A stretch of DNA of 64,000 nucleotides from the NCBI GenBank assembly GCA_951406725.2, contig OX597814.1, positions 145,266,001 through 145,330,000 of the forward strand, read 5' to 3'. Source of the DNA: Octopus vulgaris. Lineage: Eukaryota. The position numbers and the translations under genes are program-made. Below the pieces are notes generated by a model. The model saw only the letters and a list, made by a program, of their open reading frames with translations, was not told the DNA's origin and made no database searches. Each line of letters starts with the position of its first letter. Positions within the stretch are counted from its first letter, which is position 1. Below, piece by piece: positions 24,603 to 38,500 of the stretch.

Positions 24603-25598
24603 ATTTCTCATTTCCGGTGACTCCTTTTGGGGTTTGTTCATACCACGTATTTGCTCTTTGTAGGCCGTGATTTCCACAGAGCTGCTAATGGATCATTCTT
24701 GCCACGTTGTAATAGCATCTTTTGTATTCGCCTTGTGCCAATTTCATGAATCCGCGAACGATATGCCTTACGGTTTCACCCCTCTCCTCACACATTCTGC
24801 ATTTGCCACTATTGGTAGTGTTGTCAATTCTGCATTTCATATAATTGGTCCATAACGCTTGTCCTTGAGCTGCGCATATGAGTGCTTCTGTCTCTATCTT
24901 TAGGTCACTCCTGATCCGTAGTCACCGGTCCTCTGTATCTGTCTTGGCGCTCAAATCTCTTGCAAACTGACCGTACATTTTTTTCCTGCCATGCATTTTT
25001 TTTGTTCATTTCTTGTTTAAATTTTTCTTTATCTATACAATTTTCAGTTTTGATATCGCCAGCCTTCTTCGTGTGTTTCAACAGTGGCTCTACGGCATGT
25101 TTTATATACCACCCTAGCCTGTTTTCCTCTGCTTCGATACAGTCATGGCAACTGATCAAACCTCTCCCACACTTTCTTCTGGACAAGTTCAGCATATCGG
25201 TTTCACTCTTATGGTGGTAGGCTCCGTCAACATTTTTCTGGTCTTAGTATCCATTTTTCACTTCATTTCTCCCTTTTGCCATTTTACAATGCCCGCTCCA
25301 TACCGAAGTGATGCTAACGCCCACGTATTAACTGCTTGGATTTTATTCCATCCAGTCAATTTTGAGTGCAGCACCAACCTCAGACTTCGGAAATACTCTA
25401 TCCTCAGTTACACTTTCATTTCCTTTTCCCATTATCTCCTTGCACTCTAGTACACCAAGGTATATCTGTCCTTCCGTTTCAATTTGTTTAATGAAGTTTC
25501 TCTTCGGTAAATCTATCCCTGCTAGTGCCTGTACCTTGCCTTTTTTAGGTAGATTACTCCGCACTTCTTGAATCCAAATTCTATACTAATATCAGTGC

Positions 25599-25669
<71 letters not shown>

Positions 25670-26176
25670 CTTCGTAACACAGTGTTGCTAAAAATGCACC
25701 GGAGTCTTTAGTTATCTGTCAAGTCACAATAAGGACCTCAAACAAATAATACTTTCCTTAAGATGTGTGATGTGCCCAATAAGGCTGCTTTTTGCAAGAC
25801 ATTAATCTTGCGTGAGATTTCCAGTTGCCTTAAGAAGTTTTAAAGTTTCAGTGGGATTGAGCTCAACGCTCCGATCACCACAGGTATCACGTTTACATTA
25901 CCCTCTCACATTCCACACAGTCTTGCCATATCTACTTTCAATTCGGAGTACTTAGTGACTTTTTTCAACCTCTTTACTCACAAGATTCATGTCATTTGGT
26001 GTGGCTACATCAATGATCTGGTAGTATTCGTCTCTTTTATTCAATATGACAATACCCGACCGACGATGTTCGATTACACGATCCGTCTGAAAATCATAGT
26101 CCCAGAGTTTCGTTAATTTCCATCCTCCTGAATAACTTTAATTGATACATGCTCATACCAGTTCTCTGTAACGGAG
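25599..26176 (-). mobile_element. 5'-truncated R4/Dong element B (REL endonuclease, 3'UTR, (TAA)n tail) nested in element A
   Basis: WYEH...LWDYDFQTD...IIDVATP...EKVTKYSEL...IPVVIGAL...QKAALLGTSHILRKVL with stop at 25738-25740. (TAA)n at 25599-25668. Confidence 0.85.
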
Positions 26177-27689
26177 AACGGAGAAAACGAGTCACCTTGA
26201 AAGATTCCCCTTTTAATACCAACTTCTCCAAGGAATACATTACTTCAGTACAATTTGGTTTTCCACTCTTTCATGCTGTGCATCAGAAAATTTGTGATGT
26301 TGTCAGCAACACCAAACATCTGCAGGCATTCAACGATCCAAGAATGAAGCATCATATCATATGCCTTCTTAAAGTCAATTCAAGCCATAGACATGTTTGC
26401 ATGATGTTTTTTACAATGCCTCAAAACTGTTTTATCGATGACCTGGTGATCCTTGATACCCTGAGAACTCTTCCTACATCCTTTTTGTTCCGTTGGTAGT
26501 ATTTCTTCCTATGCCAGAAAAGTATATGTCTTTGCACACATATTCCAATGAGTATCTTCCAGATTACATGTAGGTATGCTATGATACGCTTGTTTCCCAC
26601 AATATTCGCATTTCTTCTATCTTCCATTACAAGTGTTGTCCTCCCAGTCACCATCCACGTGGGGACTGTACCTTTATGGACACACTCATTCAATTGGGCT
26701 GCAAATCTTTTATGAATCGTAACGGCTTTTCAGTTAGGCACTTTACCCACTAGTTCTTTCACTTGTTCTTTCACGTTTACCCACTTGTTCTTTCAAGTTA
26801 ATCGTGCTTATGACAATAGTCCTTAGTTTCTTTCCTTCTTGTAAGTCTGTCTTGATAGTTCCTATCAACATTGCATCTCTTTTATGCACCACATTGTTTC
26901 CCCATAATCCACTCCAGAGCTCCTTGGCTTGATTTGCATCAGAAGCGAAATTTTCTCCATTATTTCCTTCTAACGTTCGGAAGAATTGCTTCGGGGTATT
27001 TTGGAACAATCTGTTCTCCTTGAACTACTTATTTCTGCTCAGAAATCTTCTAATCTTCTGGCTTTTTGCCATGATTCTCTGTTTTAACTGCTCTATTAGT
27101 GCATCAAACCCGTTCTTCCGTATTTTATATTTCTTCTCTAATTTTTCTCGGTCGGTCTTTTTCCCATTTTTCTAGTTTCCTCTTAACCATTGCTCAATAT
27201 TTCCTAGATCTTGCCTTTCCAGCTTTATGCCCCTTTCAATGCGTCGTTTCCACCATCGCTCTTTTGCTCCACCAGTTTTTGTTCTCGTAAGTTGCAATTT
27301 CTCCTCAAAAGGTAGCGCAATAGCTCGGAGAAAAATTCCTTGTTTGTGTCATGTCTTCCATCTGGATGTATGTTATGACAGTATTTATCTTTTGCGTTAC
27401 ATTATTTATCATATTCCTAACTACCCTTCTCATATTCATGGGGATTTTTTTCTTTTGGAGCATTCATTGAGTCGGTGAATCGTCTTTGAATTTCAAGCAA
27501 TTCATTATCTAGATGGCTCATTTCCCCTGCATGTCAAACCACCACAGTATCAGGGTTCACTGTATAACGTTCCTATTCCTCGCCCTTAATAGCCCCATCC
27601 TCATTCCCCTGTTCCTCCTGTCTACTCTTCTCCCTGTTTTCAACTCCGACCATCCTTTGTAGCCCATCCGCAGGGTCTCTCAGCCTCTC

Positions 27690-28104
27690 TCTCTCTTTAC
27701 TCTTTTACTCTTTTACTCTTTTACTTGTTTCAGTCATTTGACTGCGGCCATGATGGAGCACCGCCTTTAGTCGAGAAAATCGACCCCGGGACTTATTCTT
27801 TGTAAGCCCAGTACTTATTCTATCGGTCTCTTTTGCCGAACCGCTAAGTGACGGGGACGTAAACACACCAGCATCGGTTGTCAAGCAATGCTAGGGGGAC
27901 AAACACAAACACACACATACATATATATATATACATATATACGACAAGCTTCTTTCAGTTTCCGTCTACCAAATCCACTCACAAGGCATTGGTCGGCCCG
28001 GGGCTATAGCAGAAGACACTTGCTCAAGATGCCACGCAGTGGGACTGAACCCAGAACCATGTAGTTGGTTAGCAAGCTACTTACCACACAGCCACTCCTG
28101 CGCC
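27690..28104 (-). mobile_element. SINE family B, well-preserved copy inside R4 element A
   Basis: GGCGCAGGAGTGGCTGTGTGGTAAG head through to an (AAAAGAGT)n tail. TSD tcag(c/g)ctctc at 27680-27689 and 28105-28114. Confidence 0.92.
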
Positions 28105-28699
28105 TCAGGCTCTCACTAATCCGAGATATTCTACCCCAGTTAAGTAACACTTCGTCCTAATCACTCTGACATGGTCCATTAGTTTATTTTCTGTCATTGG
28201 ACACGTTCTTTTCTATCCAAGAATTTCAAGTTACGTCAGTCTACTCCACGACTTCTCTCCAGCTTTCCTCTTTCATGCCATTCAATAAGTGTATCGTACA
28301 CTTCCTTCGTCCATTTATATCTGTTTTTGCGCACACCGTATATGTGATCTGTTGTGACATAGCAACCGTTCGAGACCAGATCACTGCCCTTGATGCGAGC
28401 GGGTTCGGACGTGTCGGGCGGTAAACCTTCACCATGATCAGCTATAGCTTCATTCTTGCCGTTAACTCTTTCCTTGTGTTGCATTATGACTTCATGAGTC
28501 GTTCGTGGGGTTTCCACGCGAGTTGTTATTGAGATCCCATCTCTCTCTTCCTCTCTTTATTTGTATATATACGTGCACATGTATGTACATACACACACAT
28601 ATATATATAAATAACGTGCTTGCATTGTGTCGCCTCCATAACCACAGTGATTATCATTACCACCATTGTTCTACCAATTGCCTTTAAAATTATCAATAA

Positions 28700-28980
28700 T
28701 AATATGGGTCCCAGTATATTGCAGCAGATCTTCATCACTATCAAATACTCGGCAAGCGTTTTCCTTTCACTCCTATAGACTCTGTACTAATGAGTCCTCT
28801 GCCAACATACTTTCTTTTCATATTCAGTCTGTTTACGTTAACATTTAACACTTAATACTGTCTTTTGCACTCCCTGCATGAATGGTAATCCAGGCGTCAT
28901 TCTCACCTAATTTTTAGTTCCTTTACTGGCCATTTCAAGTATTCCCACAATCACTGGTTTTGTAACCGTCTTCAGAGTAG
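28700..28980 (-). mobile_element. R4/Dong-type 3' end remnant
   Basis: LKTVTKPVIVGILE...PGLP..QGVQKTVL, resembling the REL C-terminus. Confidence 0.6.
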
Positions 28981-29424
28981 GAGAAAGAGAAGCAGCTTAG
29001 TGAATAGACCAAATTCTATAGGTCTGTAAATACATTCGGTAGATGGAATGGAGACCAGCAGTGGACATTCCTGTGCGATATGGAGACAATAGAGGCCTCA
29101 CAACCTTGTGGCCAGCAGACGTCAAACGTGTTTACTACTACTAGCGATCAATGAGAGTGCTGATCTTGGTCTTGAAAAGAACCAGTTGACCTTGTTCTAT
29201 TTTTAATTTCTAATAGAAATATATATATATACTGATGTTCATGTCATTGAATTTTTAAATTTCTGATTTTTTAAAAATCAGAAATTTTCCTCTTCTTGGT
29301 ATAAGTTTTTTCTGTGATATACAGTTTTTGTAATTGTGCAGTTTGTATTTATTAGCAGGTGCTTATCACCTTAGTTTAAAAAATTTTTATTTATTGATTT
29401 TATCTTGCATTTTATTGCGTTGTT

Positions 29425-30220
29425 GCAATAAAAACTATGTTTACATATTCGGGCAGTCAGGGAGAAAAGAAAGATGAAAGTTTCACACAAAATTGTAGAT
29501 ACTAAACTTTAAAAAATTTTCTAGAGATGTTCGTTTGTATGTCCGATCAAAAAGACTAGTGTTTTTGCAATAAAAAGGATGTTTACATTTTTGAATACTC
29601 AGGGAGAAAGGAAAAGAAAGAAAAAGGAAGTTTAAATTTTCAGAGAAAATTCTAGATATTCTTTCTTTTCTTTTATTCTTTTATTTGTTTCAGTCATTTG
29701 ACTGCAGCCATGCTGGAGCACCACCGTTTTAGTCGAGCAAATCGACCTCAAGATTTATTCGTTATAAGCCTAGTACTTCGGTCTCTTTTGCCGAACCGCT
29801 ACGTTACGGGGACGTAAACACACCAGCATCGGTTGTCAAGCGATGTTAGGGGACAAATACAGACATACAAACACACACACACATGCATATACATATATTC
29901 AACGGGCTTCTTTCAGTTTCCGTCTATCATCCACTCACAACGTTTTGGGCTGCCCGAGGCTATAATAGAAGACACTTGCTCATGGTGTCACGTAGTGTAA
30001 CTGAACCCGTAACCATATGGTTGGTAAGGAAGATACTTACAACACAGCCACTCCTGCACCTATTAAATTTTTAAAATTCACTAAAGATGATCTTTTGTAT
30101 GTCTAAACAGAGAAAACTGTAGTCTTCTTAAAATAAAAAGAGTGTTTACATTTTTGAATACTCAGGGAGAAAGGAAAGGATAGGTATTCACAGAAGTTGT
30201 AGACAGTAAAATTTTTAAAG
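29425..30220. repeat. Degenerate ~140-bp tandem repeat (about 3 units) interrupted by a SINE
   Basis: tgtttacat...tcagggagaaa...tagata/c recurs near 29438, 29580 and 30144. Confidence 0.7.
29660..30060 (-). mobile_element. SINE family B
   Basis: Homologous to 27690-28104. Confidence 0.9.
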
Positions 30221-30599
30221 CTGATTGTTTAAGTATTATTATTAATGTCATCATCATCATCATCATCATTATTATTATTATTATTACTTTATTTATCAGA
30301 GTCCTTTGGTCACACATTGTTTGACCTTTTCAGCGACTCTTTGCTTTCTGTCCCACGTGTCTCCTCTTGGCTTGTCTCATTTTCTTTCTACTTACCGAAG
30401 TTCGTATTGATATTATATTTAATTAAAAGAACACGAGAAAGGTTAATCGGAAATCATTATGCAATGGAAAACGAAGAACGTAACATGACTTATATAATTT
30501 TCATTTTTTTCTGAAGGTACAGCAGAAAACACTGGATATATTTTAGATTAGTTATAATTTGACTCACAACGCGTATTATTCACTGTATTTGCCGAACTA

Positions 30600-31400
30600 G
30601 TTATAAAAAAATTATTAAACAGCATGCTTTAGAAATGGTCATCAGGGACATTGACGGAACATGCGGCGAGAATATCAATGACGAGCAACTTACACACCTC
30701 CGATTTCCAGAAGACATTGCATTCATCGCTGAAAACATAGACTAGCTATAGATTATGCTGACAGAGCTGGACACTGAGAGCTTAACAATAGGTCTTAATA
30801 TGCGGCGGATGGAAACAAAACATATGCAGTCGGAAGACGTATCACAAGGCGGAATAGATGTGGGGACGGATGAAACAGAGGAGGTAAAGGAATACGTCTT
30901 CTATCTGAAAGAGAATAAAAGCAAAGTCGAAGGCATTTACTTCAATAAATGATGTGCTTAAAATAAATATAGAAAATACCGTACCATAGAGACCCTTCAA
31001 TTGCACCGTCCTACCTGTGTTTTTATACACAAAGAGACGTGGGTTACTACGATGAAGATAGAACATCGATTGGCTACGACGCAAAGAGCCACAGGGAGAT
31101 CCATGTTAGGAATATCCTCATGAGAGCATATTCAAAATGTGATAATTCGAAACGGAGCGGAGTGAATGATGTGATCACAGGAAACCGAAACCACAATTTC
31201 CACTGATCCACACATGTCCCATGATTCGCATCCAACAGGGGAACCAAAGCAGTTGCCGAGTGGTATCCAAGAGACAGCAAAAAGATCAATTGGAACGCCT
31301 CTACTACTACGATTTGGGTCAAGATGGAAAAGAATGAGGCAGCCAAGTGGTGTACAATGATTGTTTGGTCGATACTGTGATACTGTGATTAAAGAACATT
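30600..31400 (+). mobile_element. RTE-clade LINE remnant (RT C-half)
   Basis: INDEQLTHLRFPEDI (FADD-like), IGLNM...TK.M, EEVKEYV, EWYPRDSK. Confidence 0.75.
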
Positions 31401-31599
31401 GTACTGATTGGAATAGAAAATTCAAAATGTTTAATGAATAAATACCTTGTTTATGCTTGATATAACATTAACGTCTTCATTCAAGACGAGCAAAAGGCCA
31501 CCAATGGACGGTGCTGAGTTGTCAAACATTTAAACCAAATTTTCTCAAAACAACTTGTCCGACCGTCCCATAGGCCTCCCCTTTGAGAAACACTGATTT

Positions 31600-31935
31600 A
31601 ACCTAAGTTTGAGACACCAGCAAAAGAAGAAATACAGATAAACCTTTTCTATTCCAAAGAAAAACAATTTTATTCACACAAATATGCAACCAAAGAGTTT
31701 AAAGAACTTGTATGTACATGGCAGCATCTTACGTACTTGTGTGTACAAATGCACGTTCCCACGGCTTTATCGATCGCATTCTCACCTGGAATCGATTTTT
31801 GTAATTTTTCAAGACTTATACACGCCCTAATACCGTCGGTATCTACATATCAAATTTGGCGCAATCGGATGGAGAATGCCCGAGATCTTAGAAGACACAC
31901 ACACAGACAGACAGAACGGATTTTATATAATAGTT
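31600..31935 (-). mobile_element. Non-autonomous Helitron-like (Lep1/DINE-like) 5' portion
   Basis: ctattatataaaatccgttc(tgtc)n...ccgattgcgccaaatttg, the same architecture as the 5' end of the 62796 element. Confidence 0.6.
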
Positions 31936-32754
31936 AAACCAAAAAGTAGACTAGAAAGAAATAATGAAGAAGAAAAATAATAGTAGTACGTGACTGATAT
32001 TATGTTCATTTATCTGAAAATAATGGGACCCAACTCCAGATATGCTTTGTGATTATTATGGTATTTTCATGGAGATATAATATTCGCCGTGTTTGTCGAA
32101 ATATAAAAAGGCTTATTAAGGAAGTGTACCAAACTGCACTTTGTTTGGCATAAGAAATTATAATTATTTATACAATAAATGAGTAAAGAAAATCCTCATG
32201 GAAAACAATATTTAAAATAGTGTTAAAAGATTTAATGAAGAGAGCATTAACATATACTGAACCTTGCCTTGAAAGACCACGAAATATAAATATTCTATTT
32301 CACTGCTTTCACTGGAGAATTTAATCCTTCCAATAGTTCCTATTTAAAACTTGGTAAATTCAACTATTTATAATATAGTGTCATTTTAAGAGTTACAAGG
32401 AGCAGCCGACCTTCTAATCCGTAGCTTTATGCAAAGTTATGAAATCATTATTAAGCAGAAAAATTTTGCGAATTTTACACATGAGTATCAAATGCGTACG
32501 AAATGAGAAGCAATACTATTTGGAAAGTGTTGTGCAGCCAAATTTACGTAAGCTAAATTTTAGATAAATACCGGTAACTCAGTGAGCTTAATTGCCTGCG
32601 TTGCTGCTGTAACAGTTTCTAATCAGAATACGATTCTAGTTTACCAGGATTTTGTTGCTTATCGATCAAATGAAAAATGAACGCTCAACTAAACAAGAAT
32701 TTGAGGGTTCGAACCCTCTAGGAACTTTTATTTTGTTACTATTTACTTTTCGGC

Positions 32755-33848
32755 ACAGGCATAACAGTGTGGTTAAGACGCTCGTTTTGCTACCACAACG
32801 TTTCAGGTTCAGTCCTATCGCACTGCACTTTTGGGCGACTTGTACTGTGGCTTCGGGCTGTCTACTGTGTGCATTTGATAGACGGACATTCAATGAAAAC
32901 CGGTCGTGTGTGTAAGTTTGTATGTATATATATATTCATTTCATTTCATCTAGTTTCAACTCACGAGCTGTGGCCATGCTGGGGCACCACCATTTGGTGT
33001 TACTACATAATTTTACTTCATGAATGCCTTTTAGCTATTGACATTTAGTGTTTAGAGAGTTTGATGCAGCTGACTTCACCTGCACTTCCTGCCGCGAAGT
33101 TGGTTCATCTGGGACACCTGACAGGAAGAGGTCCAGCTTTATTTTGAAGACACCTACATCCACCCCATGCTGGTCTCTCAGGTCCTTCGGGAGGATATTG
33201 AAGAGATGTGGACCTAAGCTATTGCAGTACATCTTCATGGCAAATTTGGAGACCTTGGCACTATGAAGTGGCGCCCAGTTCTAGTATCTGTGTAACTCTC
33301 GATGCCAAAGTTTGGGAGAAGACCTTCCAAGATCTTCCAGATGTATATTATGGCATATCTTTCTAGCCTACGTTTTAAGGAATAGAATCTTAATCTCTTG
33401 AGTCTTTCCCAATAGTATATATGCTGCATACAAGCTATCTTCTTCGTGTAGCTTCGTTGGATTGACTCAAGTTCTGAGATTAATTTCACATTGGTTGTTG
33501 ACCATAGCTGAGAGCAATAGTCAAAGTGGCTTAGGACAAGTGTCCTCCAGAGGACCATCATGGTTTCCTGGTCTCTTGTTCTAAAAGTTCTAAGAATCCA
33601 TTCGGTCAGCCGAATTTCATTACAAATTTAGCAACATGCACATGGAAGGTTGCATCATTACTCATGTAAATGCCCAGTTCTCGCACTAATTGTGCTTCTG
33701 GGATTGCAATCAATCCAGGTCCAGTGTATTTATTGGGTATTGCATTTAGTTCTGCATGCTGATAGCACGAAGCTTGACACTTTTCAGCATTAAACTGCAT
33801 GCTATTCTTTTCAGCCCACCTGTATATTTCATCCAGCTCATATTGCAG

Positions 33849-33898
<50 letters not shown>

Positions 33899-34200
33899 AT
33901 GTGTGTGTGTGTGTGTGTATGTGTGTGTGTGTGCGCGTGTGAGTGTTGTGCGTATGTTTGTGTGTGCATGTTGTGCATGTTTATTTGTGTCTGTGTCCAT
34001 ATTTGCCTGCCTCATTGTTGGGCAACCGGTGTTTGTTTCTATTTTCTTAACTAAGCATATCGGCAAAAGAGACGGTTCCTAAAAGTACCAGACTTTAAAA
34101 CGAACATAAGTACTGTGTCATTCTATACGACAAAACCACCCAGGCGGTGTCTCAGCGTGGCTGCTATCCAATGATTGAAACAAGAAAAAGATAAAAGATA
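32755..34200 (+). mobile_element. SINE family B split by a CR1 insertion in its internal microsatellite
   Basis: 5' half at 32755-32930 and 3' half at 33855-34200 (ggcggtgtctcagcgtggc...tgaaacaagaaaaagataaaagata). Confidence 0.65.
32936..33853 (-). mobile_element. 5'-truncated CR1/L2-group LINE with intact 3' end
   Basis: LQYELDEIYRWAEKNSMQFNAEKC, LGIYMS, DYCSQLWS, LESIQR, YWERLK, GPHLFNILP. 3' tail ggtgccccagcatggccacag...(TGAAA)n. Confidence 0.9.
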
Positions 34201-34600
34201 CAGAAATTAAATTCTACTGATGAACGTTCATGAGCCATAGTTCCTGAATCACTAACCGCCTGAAACAAGGCTGCAAGGAAGAGCGAATAATGCATATACA
34301 CGCAAAGTCACTGGAGCATTTTGCTTTCCAACAAATTTGCAGTAAACTTGATTTAAATAGAGCCATGTAACATTCATTGCTTTCTTATCAAACAAATTTA
34401 ATTGGATCTGTACCTTTCTATAATGTGTATGAAGCAATTAATATAACCGATGAATATCCATTCGCTTTCTTTCTTCCAGCTAAATTAGAAGTTGGAGCAA
34501 AGCTCGAAAGAAATCAACAAAGAATAATTTCGCAAACGCGCTTAGAATACTTGGAGATTACATAGTATAAAAATACCATATATATATATATATATAGTTA

Positions 34601-35570
34601 CGATGGTAAGTCAAAATCTATATGCACACTTGTTTCTGTAATCTATTAAAGCAACAGGAGTTGACTAAATTATACCATTGTCAAACTAATCTCATTGCTC
34701 TTCGATGCACTTCTTCCAGCGTCTCACAAGTTTGCTTATTCTATCGGAGAAGAAGGTTTTTGGTTCGCTGTGCAGCCATTTATCCACAGCCTCCGGCGCT
34801 TCTTCGTCCATAGAGAATCGACCATTTCGTAAAGGTTGCTTGAACTGTCAAAAGAGGCGATAGTTGGCCAAGGGCGAGATCTGGACTGTAAGCAGTGTGT
34901 TCCAATAACTAGAAATTCAGTTTCCTAATGGGCTTAACAGTGCGAGTCGTATGTGAGCGCACATTATCGCTTTGACAGACAGTCCTTTTGACAGTCGAAT
35001 TGTTGCGAATTGTTGGTTTCATTTTCTTGGCCAACATTTCACTGTGGCCTACACTGGTGACTTCAGACTCTTTTCCTCGTTAATGTTGAAGTACAGGCCC
35101 TTTCGCATATCCAAAAACGTTAGCATTTTTTCTTTGGAAAATTGAGTCTTGAATTTCTTTTCCGCTAGGACACCGAATGTTCCCACTCCACACTCTGCCT
35201 CTTGGATTCTGGCTGTAAGTGATAGATCCAGGTCTCATCTCTTGTGTCTATTCTCTCAAAAAAAGCTTTGCCTTCATCGTTGTAGAGGTCAAGTAAGCGT
35301 TGACAGATCTTCACATGCTTGTGCTTATGCGTATTGATAAACTTTTTGGCATCATCTCACACAGGCTTTATAGATGCAAAACTTGTGGATGATTTTGTAA
35401 GTAGAACCATGACTAATTTGCAGAGAAGATGCAACCTTACTGATGGTCACTCGCCGGTTCGCCAGAACCATCACTAAAGCTTGTTGAGTTTTCATATTTC
35501 TGGTGGAATTTGGTGGGCATCCTGCTGCGTCTTTTATGCTTCACCTTTCTCCCTTCATAAGTTTTTAAAA
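34601..35570 (-). mobile_element. Mariner transposon remnant, 5'-truncated
   Basis: LEHTAYSPDL, KWLHSEPKTFFSDRISKLVRRWKKCIE. TIR-like TA|cgatggtaagtcaaaa at 34599. Confidence 0.85.
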
Positions 35571-35846
35571 ACGTTTTTTTTCTATATTCCATTATTATTA
35601 TGTTTAAATATCTAAATATCTTATGTCCACGTATATTTTTAGGATTCATATATTTTTATATATCTATATTTTTATTTTTTTATAGATCAACATATGTTTC
35701 AGATTGGGCAATTCTTATTTTACTACCCTAATTAAACCAGTATATGTAAGTGTTAATCGTAGTCTGCCTGATTTGAATCTTTTCTATTGTATCTATTATA
35801 CTTGTCTAGTGTTTCGGGTTCGACTTAAACCCTTATACGCTGTTTT

Positions 35847-36150
<304 letters not shown>

Positions 36151-36539
36151 GGAGTCGTTATTTTTGAATTACATGTTTTGTGAGTAAATGCTATTACGCT
36201 GGTCGAATAGGATGCGAAAACTAAAGCAACGGTGGTTTCTGTAAATATAATGCTATTTTTTGTCGCATAATAGTATTATAGAATAAAATATGCGATCTGT
36301 GGAAATCCCTCTACATTTAAGATTTCGGTTTGATTTGTGTGGACGCTTAATATGATATTTTATTGATAGTTTGCTTGAATCGGAAACTTTGTATTGAGGA
36401 TAATTATGCGAGGCAACTAAGGTGTGCATCATTTCAATTGGGAATCTTTCAATAGTTAACGGGCTCTTCAAAGGAACTTTAAGTAGTTTTATGAAGTATG
36501 AAATATGTATGATATAATGATTAAAGCTCGGATTGCATT

Positions 36540-36900
36540 CAGCAATTCCTGATATCCATCCATCTTCTTCACCCACACGTGGGGACTGTGCCCGCAGGCA
36601 CCTCATCCAAACGGTCCTACCAAAAGTAACAGTCATCATAATTTCCAGGTGGATTTCCTACTATGACTATGACTACTGAGACTATGAATATTACTCAAGT
36701 ACCTCGTTTTTGGTCTACCTCTGGATCTCTTGTCGGTTGACTCAGCTTGAAGAATCAGTTTTGCGATTGTTCCCTACGACCTTCTAATCACATGTCTGTA
36801 GTACTCCCAGTGAGGAGAAGATGCGATTTAATTTAGAGAGACTCCTTAATCTCCACTCTACGCACCCTATCGAGTAACGTTACACTGGTGATCATTCGGG
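36540..36900 (-). mobile_element. RTE-clade LINE 3' end
   Basis: HVIRR...AKLILQAESTDKRSRGRPKTRY. Confidence 0.65.
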
Positions 36901-37649
36901 GCACTTCATTTAGGCCCTTCGTATTCTCGATGGTATTTTTTCGGTCATATTTTAAATTAACACCTGCTGAATTTTCGTTCAAATAATTTTTCTATTAACG
37001 TGAATATAAAACGCATTTCTTGATTGCAAATATACCTAATTAGCTTCAAATTTCCATTATATAGTACAATGTGTGTTGAGGTAAATGTATCAGAATTTTA
37101 TAGATCGATTATATGCAGCAGTCAGACAAAATTCATACCACCTCTCAAATCAAAGAACCGTAAATAGAAAATATGTTCTCATTAGTACTAAAAACAAAGC
37201 AAAAATAAAACCACAAATCACTTCAATAAGAATAAAATTCTGTAATTATGAAGTAAATTAAAAAAGTATGCAACAACAAAATAGAAATTCTTATGTAATT
37301 GCCAGACAATTATACAACAGGTATTTCGTATTAACGGTCACAACATATATGATTAACTGGAAATGCGATGTAACAATCGCGGGGGGCATGTTATATATTC
37401 TAAAACTCTGTAGACGGATTAAAACAAAACAATGTCTGACATTTAGCAGTTAAATTCCGTTAATTGGTGAACATATTCACAAGTGCAAGAGATTATATAA
37501 CTATTGATGTGTATGCAAGACCTTACGCATTAATATAGACAAATTCATTTAAGCGTAAACGGCTCTATCGGTGTTAAGCAATATATACTTGCGAATACAT
37601 TGTTAGGTAAGTACATATTGTTCACGAAATTTCTAATTTAAAGATAACC

Positions 37650-38200
37650 CGCACACCACTCTCACCTACCCCCCACTCCAACACCACTACATCACACCAT
37701 ACACCACCATACCACACACCACAACACCACACACCACCATGCAACACCACATAACACCACCCCGAACAGACTAGCACTGACCACTTTCCAGAACCCACAC
37801 CAGCGCACACACTAGCACTGAGCACTTCCCAGCAACCTACACCACCATCCCCACACGTCTATACATGCACACACGCACAGGTCAATGTTACCAGACTCAT
37901 TCCATACGCACATACACGCTCTCACATACACACGCATGCGCACCTTCGTTTTGGGATCACCAATACTATATTATATCCCCTTCTTCCTAGCTTTCATGTG
38001 TAACCCCGCTGTAGGGCATTCGGCATGATAGATCGCTAGCCACTAAACCTTTTTTCTGTTTTCTCTCCCTGTTTATTTATGTATTCCCTTCTGTCAAAGA
38101 GCGTAGGCTCGAAACGTAAAAGACTTTCTCACTTCCCAAGCTTTAAATAATACATCTGTTTGTTGTTTACACACCTGTCTTTATCTTTTTTTTTGTAAAT
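37650..38200 (+). mobile_element. Penelope-type terminal repeat with CA-rich region and hammerhead-like motif
   Basis: (CACCA)-rich tract, then ...ctgtcaaagagcgtaggctcgaaacgtaaaagact..., ending at (TA)n. Confidence 0.55.
38086..38123 (+). ncRNA. Hammerhead-like motif with mutated core
   Basis: ctt-CTGTCAA-A-GAGC gtag GCTC-GAAAC-GTA-aaag. Perfect helix II. Confidence 0.55.
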
Positions 38201-38204
38201 TGTC

Positions 38205-38500
<296 letters not shown>

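Larger units (their letters stand above)
24603..28520 (-). mobile_element. Near full-length degenerate R4/Dong-clade non-LTR retrotransposon (element A)
   Basis: N-terminal RYKWTKE, WWKRRIE, FQNTPKQFFR, VPTWMVTGRTTLV, EQKGCRK, IDFKKAYD, RGIFQGDS; then STDISIEFGFKKC, YLGVLE, RKCGRGL, ETEALICAAQ, CRMC..ETVRHIV (CCHC), WYEQTP. Many stops and frameshifts. Confidence 0.9.

Noticed and set aside
34217-34270. CTGATGA...GAAAC as another hammerhead
   Set aside because: No convincing helix II, helix I or NUH triplet.
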